This document shows positions 48,346-58,807 of a stretch of DNA of 64,000 nt, in pieces (the stretch's first letter is position 1; the number at the start of each line of letters is the position of its first letter). The DNA is taken from IMG/VR virus record IMGVR_UViG_3300027797_000013, positions 32,001 to 96,000 of that record; one strand, written 5' to 3'. The position numbers and the translations under genes are program-made. Below the pieces are notes generated by a model. The model made no database searches, was not told where the DNA came from, and worked only from the letters and a program-made list of their open reading frames with translations. The DNA is from a virus.

Positions 48346-48834
48346 TTAGTTCTGAGATGTGCCGGGAATCTCCTTTACCATAGCCTGTAGTAGGGCTCTT
48401 GCAACTACTCTATCCTTCTCTTTATCAACTTCCTTTAAATCCTTATAGTCAAGGCCCTTTAGATACTCTCGCTGAGCATACTTAGTATCAAACTTGCCGT
48501 CATCACGTAGCTTTTGAGTGTCGTCGAATTGATCAGGATCTTGAACGAAGCGCTCTGCAGTTTCATTCCAACCTTTATGAATTTCATCACTGATACGCTC
48601 GATGTCTGTCTCGCCACTATTAATAGATTTTGCAGCGTACTCTGCACTCTTAAGGTTGGATTGCCAGCCGAATGTATTGCTGTTTGGAATACTCGTTGGC
48701 CAGCCATATTCTTGCTTCAATGCTTCGTCACTTATCGCAGCGAGTTTAGCAATATCGCTTGAATCAGTGTTGGTATTTTCTAGAATGCAGCTATAAGCAG
48801 TCGCAATAAGTTCAGCGTCTTGTTTGTGTTTCAT
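48346..48834 (-). CDS. RyR-domain-like protein
   Basis: IHKGW…YKDLKEVDKEKDR. Confidence 0.5.
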   Translation of the reverse strand: MKHKQDAELIATAYSCILENTNTDSSDIAKLAAISDEALKQEYGWPTSIPNSNTFGWQSNLKSAEYAAKSINSGETDIERISDEIHKGWNETAERFVQDPDQFDDTQKLRDDGKFDTKYAQREYLKGLDYKDLKEVDKEKDRVVARALLQAMVKEIPGTSQN

Positions 48835-49367
48835 TTTAAATTTTGTCCATTGAGAGATACATTAGGTACCTCACTTGCTTGAATATTAAACTTACAAGGT
48901 CCTGCAGTAAAGAAAACTTTGACACCTTCTCTTCTAGTAATTGTTATAAAGTCATTCCTACCGCAGCCTAGGTTCGCAAGCTCATCACTAAACTCTTCAG
49001 TAATGTACAATATTTCGTCTTCCATACACTTACTTATAGTCTAGCTAAGATTCTACTAGCTTGTTTTATTTACGTAAAGTTTGTGTCTCTCCTATTGCTC
49101 TGTTTCTCTAACACCCATACTACCTTTTACGGTAGCATTGGAGAGACAAAGGATATACCTAAGAGACGACCTATCAGGTAAAGCTTTCGTAGAAGTTCTG
49201 ACGCGATTCCCAGATATCTACCTCTTCTTCGAAGTTTGCGTCAGGAGAAAGAATATCCCAGCCCCCTGCCTTTAACTCTTCTTTCATATGCATTTTGAAT
49301 TTAATTGGCTCATTGTCGATAGGAGACAAGGCAATGAAGAATTCTTCGTTGATCATATTTGTGTTGG

Positions 49368-49583
49368 TTAGTTGAAGGCCGTAACGTAGACAGTATTGTT
49401 GCTTTCGTCGATACTGAGATGGCAACTGAATAGAAAGGAGGCGTAGTTGACAATCTCTTCTAGTTCGGTATAGCTGAATCCATACCAGATTTGTAGAGGA
49501 TCTAGAGCTGATAGAAGAGCCGCAATAGTCACACTTCCCTTCTCTTGCAACTCTTCGATGATTCCGTATTCTTCAGTAAGCAT
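49368..49583 (-). CDS. small early protein
   Basis: Follows a promoter motif. Confidence 0.6.
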   Translation of the reverse strand: MLTEEYGIIEELQEKGSVTIAALLSALDPLQIWYGFSYTELEEIVNYASFLFSCHLSIDESNNTVYVTAFN

Positions 49584-49589
49584 ACCTTA

Positions 49590-49826
49590 TTATATCGGAG
49601 TTCGTTTTAACTTTCGATTCAAAATACTTTCAACAATAGTCTTTTTCTCAGCTTTCAACTCTTTTAAAAGAGCAATATAATCAGCAGAACTACAGATGCA
49701 AGTAATCTGTAAAGAAGGATCATCCATAGCTCCGCAGTCGCAGCTATCGCGATGCTCATCGATACTCTTACTGAGCTCAATAATGCGCTCCATAGTACGA
49801 GTTTCTTCTGCCGTTAGTTTTTTCAT
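49590..49826 (-). CDS. small Cys-rich hypothetical protein
   Basis: CDCG…CIC. Confidence 0.55.
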   Translation of the reverse strand: MKKLTAEETRTMERIIELSKSIDEHRDSCDCGAMDDPSLQITCICSSADYIALLKELKAEKKTIVESILNRKLKRTPI

Positions 49827-50041
49827 TTAAAAGGAATTTAAAGCCTCTGGTAGATGTAGAATGATTTTACTCAAGTATACCAGCATTATAACTCCCATAG
49901 AGCAGAGAGCTCCTGTCGTTATAAAATCAAATATACTACGCTGACTACTCCTATACTTTTGTCTTTCAATCTGTATTAGTTTCTCTACACTATTGTCTAG
50001 ATAATATTTTTTCATATATAAGGGAGGTATTAGTATACTTA

Positions 50042-50962
50042 TTAAGCTTCTACCTTCTCTTCAACTAGTACTTTCTTGAAGCAAGCGTTATCGCCTCGTC
50101 CAATCTTTACTAGCTTATTAGTATCGCAGAGCTCTTTCAGAATCAGGTAAGCTTGAGAACCAGAAAGATTAAGAGAAGTCATAATAGTGCTCTTAGTAAT
50201 CAAAGGAGGGTCGAGCTTGAGAATACTATCGATAAGAGTTTTCTTACGAGCGTTCTTAGAAGGAGTTACTTCTTGCTCAACTACTTTACCCGTAAACGTA
50301 AACCCTTTACTAGTCATACTAGCGCGATAGTCGAGAGTAGCTCCAAAACGATTCTTAATAAAGCTAACAACACGAGCAGTAGAGTCGTCTTCTTCATCTA
50401 GCTCGATCTGAATATTCACATCGACAGTATGAGGAATAAGAGTCGAACCTTTCAAGACGCCATTCTTAGTAAAGTGCATAACGATAAACAAAGCACACTC
50501 GTTCTCTTTAGCAGCTTTAACAAGACTACTAATAGCGTATCGCTCGAGCTCTGAGAAATTAAGCTTATTAGCACTAGTCAGAGCTTGAAAAGAATCGACA
50601 ACAAGAGCGTCAAAGTCTTTAGTCGCATTAACAAGATTATCGATATCAGTTTCGCTAGCGATAGACACGTTCGAAACATTTAGACGTTTGCAAGTATAAG
50701 CGAGCTGATGCTGATTCTCTTCACCAGAAGCATAACCAACGTTATACCCGTTATTAGCTAGACCTTCCATAAGCTGTAGAAGGAAACTAGACTTACCAGA
50801 ACCTGCACGACCCGTTACAGTAAAAGAAGAACCAGGAATAATACCTTCACCAAACATCTCATCAATCTCTTTAACACCAGTCGTTAGACGGTTAAAGAAA
50901 GTAGAAGGAATAGCAACATCACAAGCGCGGACAAAGTTGGTACGTTCAATATTTAGATTCAT
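50042..50962 (-). CDS. RadA/Sms-like RecA-fold ATPase (no Zn finger or Lon domain)
   Basis: GRAGSGKS, YASGEE, VVDSFQ, H.TK.G, H.VD, KNRFG. Confidence 0.8.
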   Translation of the reverse strand: MNLNIERTNFVRACDVAIPSTFFNRLTTGVKEIDEMFGEGIIPGSSFTVTGRAGSGKSSFLLQLMEGLANNGYNVGYASGEENQHQLAYTCKRLNVSNVSIASETDIDNLVNATKDFDALVVDSFQALTSANKLNFSELERYAISSLVKAAKENECALFIVMHFTKNGVLKGSTLIPHTVDVNIQIELDEEDDSTARVVSFIKNRFGATLDYRASMTSKGFTFTGKVVEQEVTPSKNARKKTLIDSILKLDPPLITKSTIMTSLNLSGSQAYLILKELCDTNKLVKIGRGDNACFKKVLVEEKVEA

Positions 50963-51338
50963 ATTAATTTCTGATTACTCCTTATTATACTGTAGTTCGT
51001 TAAAAGTTCAATTAAGCACAAGCTAGTCCCTTAAAAGCTACAGCAGCGATCGCTTCAGGACCAGTGCAAAGAATCTTTGCATGCGGATAACGAACTCGAA
51101 GGGTTGAAGGCCGACCGCTCCAGAAAAACTCACGACTTTTATTCTTGATATAGTAGCAGGCATACACATTGGCTTTTACTAGTTGTTCGTCTGTTGTCAT
51201 ACTATTATTATATTGAAGTTCGTTAAGGTTAATATTACAGAATGTACCAAATAGTGCAGATAATAAGGAACCCTAATCCTACACAAACAAGAGCAGTACT
51301 TAGCAGTTCATTATCGTTATCATCGTTATAGTTCATAA

Positions 51339-51725
51339 TTAGTAGCTTTCCCAGAGTCCGAATTGATTGGTGAAGTAGACTTTTTTAAAGTTCAATACTT
51401 TGATTAGATGAGCGCAATGAAAGCAAGGCTTGCTATGGTTAAGCTTACCGTTGCGGTCAATCCGAAGTACACCGATGCTATACTTGCGGCAGTCCTCTTC
51501 GCCCAGTTTAATACAAGCTGACAGTTCCGCGTGAAGTCTCGAGTGATCTTCGTAACCATATTGTTTAATTTTTGGATGTGTTTTGTTTGAGTTAGTGCCA
51601 ACAGAAAGAATATTATTACCTCTAAAGATAAAAGCGACATGAAAGCATCTGCTTTCTCTTGAGAGATTCTCCCAAGCGATATTTTCTAATCTCTTAAGCA
51701 GCTTAATATTGTTTAGCATTAACAA
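51339..51725 (-). CDS. CMP/dCMP deaminase-fold protein
   Basis: LHAE…SKPCFHC. Confidence 0.75.
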   Translation of the reverse strand: MLMLNNIKLLKRLENIAWENLSRESRCFHVAFIFRGNNILSVGTNSNKTHPKIKQYGYEDHSRLHAELSACIKLGEEDCRKYSIGVLRIDRNGKLNHSKPCFHCAHLIKVLNFKKVYFTNQFGLWESY

Positions 51726-51743
51726 TATTATATCGAAGTTCGT

Positions 51744-51914
51744 TTACTCAGTTAACCAAGAAAGCAAAGTAAACTTTCCCCAGCGATTTGTTTTTTTAAT
51801 CGACTCAATATGGAGAATTGGATCATTGGGATTCTCTGCGTTGTTTATAACTTCAATTACGCGCATTTTATCGTTTGAAACTGTAAAGACATCATTAACA
51901 GATATATTGTGCAT
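51744..51914 (-). CDS. small early protein (paralogue of 39792)
   Basis: MHNISVND…RVIEV; lies between two promoter motifs. Confidence 0.6.
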   Translation of the reverse strand: MHNISVNDVFTVSNDKMRVIEVINNAENPNDPILHIESIKKTNRWGKFTLLSWLTE

Positions 51915-51936
51915 ATTATTATTATATCGAAGTTCG

Positions 51937-52950
51937 TTACGCCAATCCTGCATCAACAAGAGATCTTTCATGCTTAGCTAATTTTAAATCTGCATCGACC
52001 ATAATACCACAAAGCTCTTTAAACCTCACTTTAGGCTCCCAACCTAGAGCGTTTTTAGCTTTACTAGGATCGCCAATTAACAAATCTACTTCCGCGGGTC
52101 GATCGTATCTAGTATCGTACTTGACATACTGTCGCCAATCGAGATCGAGAGCACTAAACGTCTCTTCGACAAATTCCTGAACGCTATGAGTCTCATTTGT
52201 AGCAGCTACATAGTCGTCTGGCTTATCTTGCTGAAGCATTAGCCACATCATATGTACATATTCCTTTGCATATCCCCAGTCACGCTTTGCGTCTAGATTT
52301 CCTAAAACTAATTCAGATTGCAGACCCATTTTAATACGAGTAGCTGCTCTAGTAATTTTACGCGTGACAAAGGTCTCACCTCTACGAGGCGACTCATGAT
52401 TGAAAAGTATACCGCAACTTGCATGCATCCCATACGACTCACGATAGTTGACAGTCAACCAGTGACCATACAATTTAGCGCAAGCATATGGAGAGCGTGG
52501 ATAGAATGGAGTAGTTTCAGTCTGCGGTACTGCTTGCACCTTACCATACATTTCTGACGATGATGCTTGATAGTATCGAGTATACTCGATCAAGCCTGTT
52601 TGCTTGATCGCATCAAGCAGTCGTAGAGTTCCGAGACCGACAATGTCACCTGTTGACTGAGGAATGTCGAAAGAGACTCGCACATGGCTTTGCGCGCCGA
52701 GATTATAAATTTCGTCTGGCTCAATTTGTGTAAGTAGCTGGCTTAAACATGCAGCATCAGTTAAGTCACCGAAGTGTAACTTAAGACGATCGCCGAGCTC
52801 TGGATTACTATAGATATGCTCTATACGACCAGTATTAAAGCTAGAAGAGCGCCGTATTATACCATGAACCTCGTAACCCTTATCTAGGAGTAACTCAGCT
52901 AAATAAGAACCGTCTTGACCAGTAATACCAGTTATAAGCGCTTTTTTCAT
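51937..52950 (-). CDS. gmd: GDP-mannose 4,6-dehydratase
   Basis: [34 protein letters not shown]. Confidence 0.97.
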   Translation of the reverse strand: MKKALITGITGQDGSYLAELLLDKGYEVHGIIRRSSSFNTGRIEHIYSNPELGDRLKLHFGDLTDAACLSQLLTQIEPDEIYNLGAQSHVRVSFDIPQSTGDIVGLGTLRLLDAIKQTGLIEYTRYYQASSSEMYGKVQAVPQTETTPFYPRSPYACAKLYGHWLTVNYRESYGMHASCGILFNHESPRRGETFVTRKITRAATRIKMGLQSELVLGNLDAKRDWGYAKEYVHMMWLMLQQDKPDDYVAATNETHSVQEFVEETFSALDLDWRQYVKYDTRYDRPAEVDLLIGDPSKAKNALGWEPKVRFKELCGIMVDADLKLAKHERSLVDAGLA

Positions 52951-53234
52951 ACCTCAATATACAGTAGCTTTAATTTATGTCAACAACTTTTACCAGTTTT
53001 AATAACTCCAACTACAATAAATGCTTTTGTAATAAAGTAGACTTATCTATACAAACAAGTATAGAAGATAGAGCATGGACTTCTGTTCCGTAAGTCTCAG
53101 TTACGATTTGAGAATTATTCTCAATGTTCTTAGCTTCGAGTTTCCAGCAACTGTCTCCATAGTCCATTCGCTGTTCGAAGTCCACGCTATATCCTTTATA
53201 ATTGATAATACTATACTTAAACTTACCCATAGTA

Positions 53235-54539
53235 TTATTCAGCTCCGTGCTTTTCCTCGTCTAGCATTTTAGTTTCAAGTCCAAGGAATTCAAGATCTTT
53301 TAATTTTAAAGCATTCCACTTTAAAGGTACTTCTTTGTTAACAACGATACCTTCCATAGGAACATCTTTAGTGCATAATGGATCTCTCTTACCTAGAAAC
53401 TCCTCGGATAGACTCTTAACAAAATTACTACTCCATTCACTATCTTGAGGAATATCATACAGATCTTTAGCTAGCCCGTGGTAGTAACCGTAAACCGTTT
53501 TCAATCCTTTCATCTTGCAGTACTCTACCACTTGCGGAAACGTAAACGTAAAGCTCTCGCCATCGACATTAACATAGTCAATCTTGAAAATTAAGAACTC
53601 ATTGTTACCTGGAGTTAAACCATAGTCGTAGTCTGGCTGAATCAACTTCATACCATCATAGCCAATGATCTCTCCAGTCACTCGAATACCTTTATCCAGG
53701 AGGGGATAGATTCGCTCTGCAACATCACTCCAAGCATTTTTCTGTTCGCTTGAGTTAAAGTTGACACCATCTTTAGAATGACCCTCAGCATTTCGTACAA
53801 CAGTTCTACTAGAGTAGATCATACCATATTCTTTTTCTACTACTTTAACTTTAAAGAATTTGGCAATCTTTTCTACCCAGGAAAGCGGACGATTAACGAG
53901 AATATTTGCGACAATGCAATTACAGCCATGAAACTTATTCGTAATAGAGATGCAATCATTTGGATTTAAATCAAAAGCTCTAGTACGCAAGTTCTCGGTA
54001 TCGCCATGGAATGCAAACTGATGATCAAGTAGTCTCTTGAACTTAGGCTTAGACTCTTTCTGACCTTTCTCTCGCGCTTTCATAACCTTCGGAACGTACT
54101 TGCTGATAAAAATATCACCACACACGCTATCGAACTTGCGACCAATTACACCATAAGACATATACACACCATACTCTTCTGAAACAAACAATTCAAAAGA
54201 ACTAAAAGGTACGACGTAACCGTCACTATAAATTCCTCGCAGCTTAATCATACGAACCCGACCATTAGAGCCGAAGAATCCTTTCTGAGTAATATCCTTA
54301 TTTAACGCGCAGTCGGAATAAGCGTTCGACCATCGTAGAAACTTTTCTGAGAGCTGAGACTCAACAGGAAAGTAGACGTACACTTCACCCTTCTTCGCCT
54401 CGAGTCCAACAACAATCTTTGTATTTAGCACTTCAGCTACTTGTAATTTATCAGCATTAGGGTGCACGTTGACAGATTCTAGCTCCACAATACGAGCCAG
54501 ATAATTTGGATTTGCATTCTCAGAGATTGAAAGACACAT
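53235..54539 (-). CDS. RNA ligase with N-terminal OB domain (DRB0094/Rnl5-like)
   Basis: HPNADKL and KLRGIYS in the OB domain; KFHG (motif I), GEIIG, EGIVV, LK. Confidence 0.75.
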   Translation of the reverse strand: MCLSISENANPNYLARIVELESVNVHPNADKLQVAEVLNTKIVVGLEAKKGEVYVYFPVESQLSEKFLRWSNAYSDCALNKDITQKGFFGSNGRVRMIKLRGIYSDGYVVPFSSFELFVSEEYGVYMSYGVIGRKFDSVCGDIFISKYVPKVMKAREKGQKESKPKFKRLLDHQFAFHGDTENLRTRAFDLNPNDCISITNKFHGCNCIVANILVNRPLSWVEKIAKFFKVKVVEKEYGMIYSSRTVVRNAEGHSKDGVNFNSSEQKNAWSDVAERIYPLLDKGIRVTGEIIGYDGMKLIQPDYDYGLTPGNNEFLIFKIDYVNVDGESFTFTFPQVVEYCKMKGLKTVYGYYHGLAKDLYDIPQDSEWSSNFVKSLSEEFLGKRDPLCTKDVPMEGIVVNKEVPLKWNALKLKDLEFLGLETKMLDEEKHGAE

Positions 54540-54604
54540 ATATATAAAGTTTTTAGATTGTTACAAAAGAAAGATCTCTTTGCAGAGGTCTGGGTTACAA
54601 ACGA

Positions 54605-54877
54605 CTACTTACTTGGAGTTACCTGCTTAGATACCTCTTTCGGCTCTTCTTCTTTCGCTACGACATTATAGCCGATCGCAAAAGCAATATAAGGCTTTAC
54701 ACCTGCTACAGTAGTACTAGCGTAAGTATTGAATTCATGACCGCCTTCGGTTTTGGCGAGCTCAGATCCAAACTGCTTATTAGTCTTAGCTTCAGCGACT
54801 AGGCTTGAAGTCTGAGTCTTAACAGTAGTACAGCTAGAGAAGAGAAGAGCGAGTAGAGCAATATAGATTAGTTTCAT
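54605..54877 (-). CDS. small lipoprotein
   Basis: Lipobox LFSSC. Confidence 0.65.
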   Translation of the reverse strand: MKLIYIALLALLFSSCTTVKTQTSSLVAEAKTNKQFGSELAKTEGGHEFNTYASTTVAGVKPYIAFAIGYNVVAKEEEPKEVSKQVTPSK

Positions 54878-54912
54878 ACGTTATTTTATACTAGAAATTA
54901 GTTTAATCAAGA

Positions 54913-55938
54913 TTAGTTATTGTAAATATCGAGTAACTTAAATTGAAGATGAGGTCCTTTAGAGAAGATTTTTGAAGCAGCCATATTAAGCGCATTCGAT
55001 TTGTACAAACCAATTTCGTCCTTTTTATGAGTAGCGAGATAGGTTGCGCGATTAAACATATCGTATAGGTTTTCGTTAGTATACGTATATCGTGCTTTCG
55101 AAGCGTTCATATCTTTAATAGGATATCCTGCTAGCTCTAGATCGTTAACAGTACTAGTATATTCAGGAATATAGAGATCACGTTCATCACTACTTAGAAC
55201 TTTTGCAATATCACTCAGCTCTGCAAATGATGCGCGTGAGTTCTTAAGCTTATTGACTTTAATGACAATCATATCAGAGCTATCCTGTTTCGAGAATTTG
55301 TTATACTGACGCTCAACATCTTCGTCAGATTTGAAGACTCGATTAAAAAGTACTTCTTGAACCATTAGTCCGTTCGCGCAAGCGAGACGAAGATAATAGC
55401 TTTTGAAAGTATTACTAGTCAGACCTAGATTAGTAGAAGTTCCAGCTTTATAGCTATCGTTAGGACCGCAAGAAATTTCTTTCTCTTTAGTAGAGTTAAT
55501 AACTAGCTTTCCAGTTTCAGGAAGATAGAAGATCTCAGTTAGAGTATCATTACTATCGTTGATAGCATTCATAACGCTATCGATTCGATTATCGAAATTT
55601 AGTTGAGTAGGTTCTACAAAAGAAGTTCCAGTAAAGATCTCAACTTCAGAGTTATCGTTGACAACACAATTGAAGAGACGATTCTTATCGACTTTATTGA
55701 TTGCTGATCGCACTTCAGCCCAGTTGAGATTAGTCACGTCGTCAGTCTCGTTAAAGATCTCTTTTGTTAGAGATTCTTTAATTCCGAGAGTATTCATAGT
55801 TTTACGAGTACTATTAAACTTATAACGATTATTAATATAAAGATCATTTCCTTGGTTAGTAATATCTCGCACTGTAAAAGGGAGAATGGTTTTAGTTTTG
55901 ATTTGATTTTTGACTTCTTCGATAGTAGCAGCGTTCAT
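54913..55938 (-). CDS. DUF932-like protein
   Basis: YLRLACANGL motif. Confidence 0.5.
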   Translation of the reverse strand: MNAATIEEVKNQIKTKTILPFTVRDITNQGNDLYINNRYKFNSTRKTMNTLGIKESLTKEIFNETDDVTNLNWAEVRSAINKVDKNRLFNCVVNDNSEVEIFTGTSFVEPTQLNFDNRIDSVMNAINDSNDTLTEIFYLPETGKLVINSTKEKEISCGPNDSYKAGTSTNLGLTSNTFKSYYLRLACANGLMVQEVLFNRVFKSDEDVERQYNKFSKQDSSDMIVIKVNKLKNSRASFAELSDIAKVLSSDERDLYIPEYTSTVNDLELAGYPIKDMNASKARYTYTNENLYDMFNRATYLATHKKDEIGLYKSNALNMAASKIFSKGPHLQFKLLDIYNN

Positions 55939-55950
55939 ATTATTATTATA

Positions 55951-56595
55951 TTAGAGTTCGTTAACGGTATTGTAAAACTTTTTGGCTACGATTTTTGGGA
56001 GACCGAATTGTTTAAACATTGGCAGGATCTCATTTCGAACCCAGTTACGTCTATACGTGTTGTCCTTATTGGTCTCATCCTCTACAATATATGAGGTGAG
56101 TTTGTTGTGCACGGTATAATTTACAAAATCTTCCTTTTTAGTTCTCATAAAAGGTCTAATGAGCATTTTTGGCTTAATTAGTTTACAGTTGTCTAAAGGA
56201 GTAAGAGTAGGTACAGGTACATACTCAGGACATCCTCTTAGCATATTCATTACGTAGCCTTCAACCGCATCTCCGTTATGATGACAACATACTACATCAC
56301 TGTATAGAGATTTAAAAAAATCCATTCTTTCCTCTCTTAAGGCATCTTCGCTCTTGGTCCAAAAAGCACCACGCGTACCAACTACGCATTCAGTAGAAAA
56401 ATGATGACAAAACACTTCTACCATCTCTTGCATAGTATGATTTTGTTGTCTCAAATTATGATTAAAGTGAGCTACTTTGACTCGATCTCCGTAAAGTCTA
56501 ATTAAGAGATGAGCTGCTGCGATACTGTCCACTCCACCAGATACAGCGACGTAGAACTCGCCGCTAGGAATCAATGAACGATCTAATTTAATCAT
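55951..56595 (-). CDS. tilS: tRNA(Ile) lysidine synthetase, minimal
   Basis: AVSGGVDS PP-loop, HFNHNLR, HHNGD..E, LIRP, DETN…RNWVR. Confidence 0.85.
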   Translation of the reverse strand: MIKLDRSLIPSGEFYVAVSGGVDSIAAAHLLIRLYGDRVKVAHFNHNLRQQNHTMQEMVEVFCHHFSTECVVGTRGAFWTKSEDALREERMDFFKSLYSDVVCCHHNGDAVEGYVMNMLRGCPEYVPVPTLTPLDNCKLIKPKMLIRPFMRTKKEDFVNYTVHNKLTSYIVEDETNKDNTYRRNWVRNEILPMFKQFGLPKIVAKKFYNTVNEL

Positions 56596-56617
56596 ACCTT
56601 ATTATATACAAGTTCAT

Positions 56618-56651
56618 AAAAAAGGCTCTCGCCAATTTGGCGAGAGCCTTT
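56618..56651 (-). terminator. intrinsic terminator
   Basis: AAAGGCTCTCGCCAA-T-TTGGCGAGAGCCTTT with a T run on the minus strand. Confidence 0.85.
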
Positions 56652-56666
56652 ACCGATTGCTTCTTC

Positions 56667-57410
56667 TTAGAATCGGAACGAGGCTTTCACACCCCAGTAC
56701 TCTCCGTCTTCCTGTTGATTATAATCATCCTGTACAAAATTATATTCAACGAATGGCGATACCGTCAACGCTTTGGTTACACTGTAATTATAAGCTAGAG
56801 AAAGGGTAGTATGAACAGCCTCTCCATCCTCTAGATACAATCCCTGTGTAGCCTTGCCGACGAGCGATTGAGTAGGTTGACCTTCTTTATCAACCGCAAG
56901 TACCCAAGGAGCACTAACTGACACTTCTGTATAATCTTTAACATCATCTTCGAGGCTGAAATTATAGACAGCTCCTAAGACAATATTAAAAGGCAAAGCA
57001 TACTCGACACCACCGTATAGTTCTTGCTGAGTACCACCTAAGGCATCAGGAAAATCAAATACAGAGTAGCCTCCGAGCACGGATAGCTTGCCAAACTTTT
57101 GACGAACACCGACACGTCCATCAACTTGATCTTCATCAAATGAGTCAAACGTTCCATAAAAACCTTGAAACTCAAGAGTAGTGCTTTCTGTAACGTCATA
57201 GGATAGACTGAGTTGACCGAAGACGAGATCATCTCCAAGAGATACTCCACGCCATAGATTCTCACTTGCATATCCAGACGATACTTCGCCATACAATCGA
57301 GTTTCAGAAGCAGTAACAACTACTGGTGGTGCTTTAACTGATTCACCCGCGAAGGCTGGTGCACTAGCTAGTAGTAACGACGCAATGATATTTGTTAGTT
57401 TGTTTTTCAT
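56667..57410 (-). CDS. outer-membrane beta-barrel protein
   Basis: Signal peptide ending AFA; S.NLWRG; alternating strands; C-terminal ASFRF beta-signal. Confidence 0.75.
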   Translation of the reverse strand: MKNKLTNIIASLLLASAPAFAGESVKAPPVVVTASETRLYGEVSSGYASENLWRGVSLGDDLVFGQLSLSYDVTESTTLEFQGFYGTFDSFDEDQVDGRVGVRQKFGKLSVLGGYSVFDFPDALGGTQQELYGGVEYALPFNIVLGAVYNFSLEDDVKDYTEVSVSAPWVLAVDKEGQPTQSLVGKATQGLYLEDGEAVHTTLSLAYNYSVTKALTVSPFVEYNFVQDDYNQQEDGEYWGVKASFRF

Positions 57411-57427
57411 AGAATGTTTAAAATTGT

Positions 57428-57503
57428 TGGTAGGCCGTATTGGATTCGAACCAATGACCAAGGGATTATGAGTCCCCTGCTCTTACCGCTGAGCTAACAG
57501 CCT
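57428..57503 (-). tRNA. tRNA-Ile2(CAT), copy 1
   Basis: GGGGA-CTCATAA-TCCCT; body resembles bacterial Ile2 more than Met; CCA; near tilS. Confidence 0.85.
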
Positions 57504-57950
57504 GTATATAGTATTTTATACTATTAGTTTAAATTTGCAAGATTAATTTTTAATTCTTCTAAAATTTCAGAATAAACTCTTATCATGAGTTTTGATTGAT
57601 TACTTTTTGTCTCATCGAAAATCTTCTGATGTTCTTTGAGCGACTGATCTATAACTTTAATATCCTCAGTTATAAACAAAAGATTCTCTTTGTCTTTCTT
57701 AGAGATTTTTGCCATATTTAACTTCAAGTGGATTCAAAAGATACTTAAATGTCGTCTTCTTTTTAAGAACGTTATGCTTAGTACGAACTAGTTCACCTTT
57801 CGTATTATAAGATTTAGAGAAACTATTATCTGCACCTGATTCTAAAATATTCATCATATAACCAACACGCTCAAGACGAGCTTTATCGTAAGATTTAAAT
57901 TTAAATAGTTTAAGTAGATTCATATATAATAGCTTTACTGTATAACCTTA

Positions 57951-58316
57951 TTATAAGGTAGTTCCATTTGACTGTAAGCAATCCATAGAGAACATTTCTA
58001 CATTTTCAGTCATGTCAAATTGCTGATTCATGATACCTAGTAGAGCATTTTTGCTATGCGAAGTATAGATAGCTACCTCTTTTTCGTCAATACTGCCAAA
58101 GTAATACTCAGTATAAGTCTCTTCCTCGAAACCAGTATAAGACTCTGCCTCGAAACCTTCGCAATATTCTATAATATCTACAGGAGACTTATCCATAAAA
58201 GTGATAAACTGAGTCTCATCTATCTCTTCTAGCTTATAACCAACTCGTGATGCATTATACGTACCAAATATATTTTCTGGATTACAAGTCGCGTAAGTCA
58301 AAGTAAGTTTGTGCAT
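57951..58316 (-). CDS. acidic early hypothetical protein
   Basis: Follows a promoter motif. Confidence 0.6.
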   Translation of the reverse strand: MHKLTLTYATCNPENIFGTYNASRVGYKLEEIDETQFITFMDKSPVDIIEYCEGFEAESYTGFEEETYTEYYFGSIDEKEVAIYTSHSKNALLGIMNQQFDMTENVEMFSMDCLQSNGTTL

Positions 58317-58340
58317 ATTATTATTATATTGTAGTTCGTT

Positions 58341-58805
58341 TTAAAATTCTCCAACAAATTGCCGACGATTATATTCTTCCTTGGTAAGACACTCTCCGTT
58401 AATCCACCAGGCCGTTACTGAACCTTTTGTATCTTCAACTGCAGGACCGTTATCGCGATGCAAGTAGCCATTGCGATACCAGACCTCGATATCGCTATCT
58501 TTATAAATCATTGCAGGACCGTCTTCACGATGACGCACACCGTTGCAGTACCACGCTACTGTACCGTTCTTATAGAGACGAGCAGGTCCTCCTTCACGGT
58601 GCAGTTTACCTTTATAATACCAGTCTTCAGAACCATCGACGTTCTTTAGAGCAGGTCCGTCTAATCGATGCATGAGACCATCGAGATACCAAGCTTCATC
58701 ACCGTTCTCAAATACAATAGCTGGTCCATCTTCGCGATGCAGATACATGTATTCCGGATCTTTGAAGTACATAGTTGTACCGTTGTAGCTAGTCTTTGTA
58801 TACAT
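58341..58805 (-). CDS. LHRxDGPA repeat protein
   Basis: Five W(Y)xxG-LHRxDGPA-type repeats. Confidence 0.8.
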   Translation of the reverse strand: MYTKTSYNGTTMYFKDPEYMYLHREDGPAIVFENGDEAWYLDGLMHRLDGPALKNVDGSEDWYYKGKLHREGGPARLYKNGTVAWYCNGVRHREDGPAMIYKDSDIEVWYRNGYLHRDNGPAVEDTKGSVTAWWINGECLTKEEYNRRQFVGEF

Positions 58806-58807
58806 AA

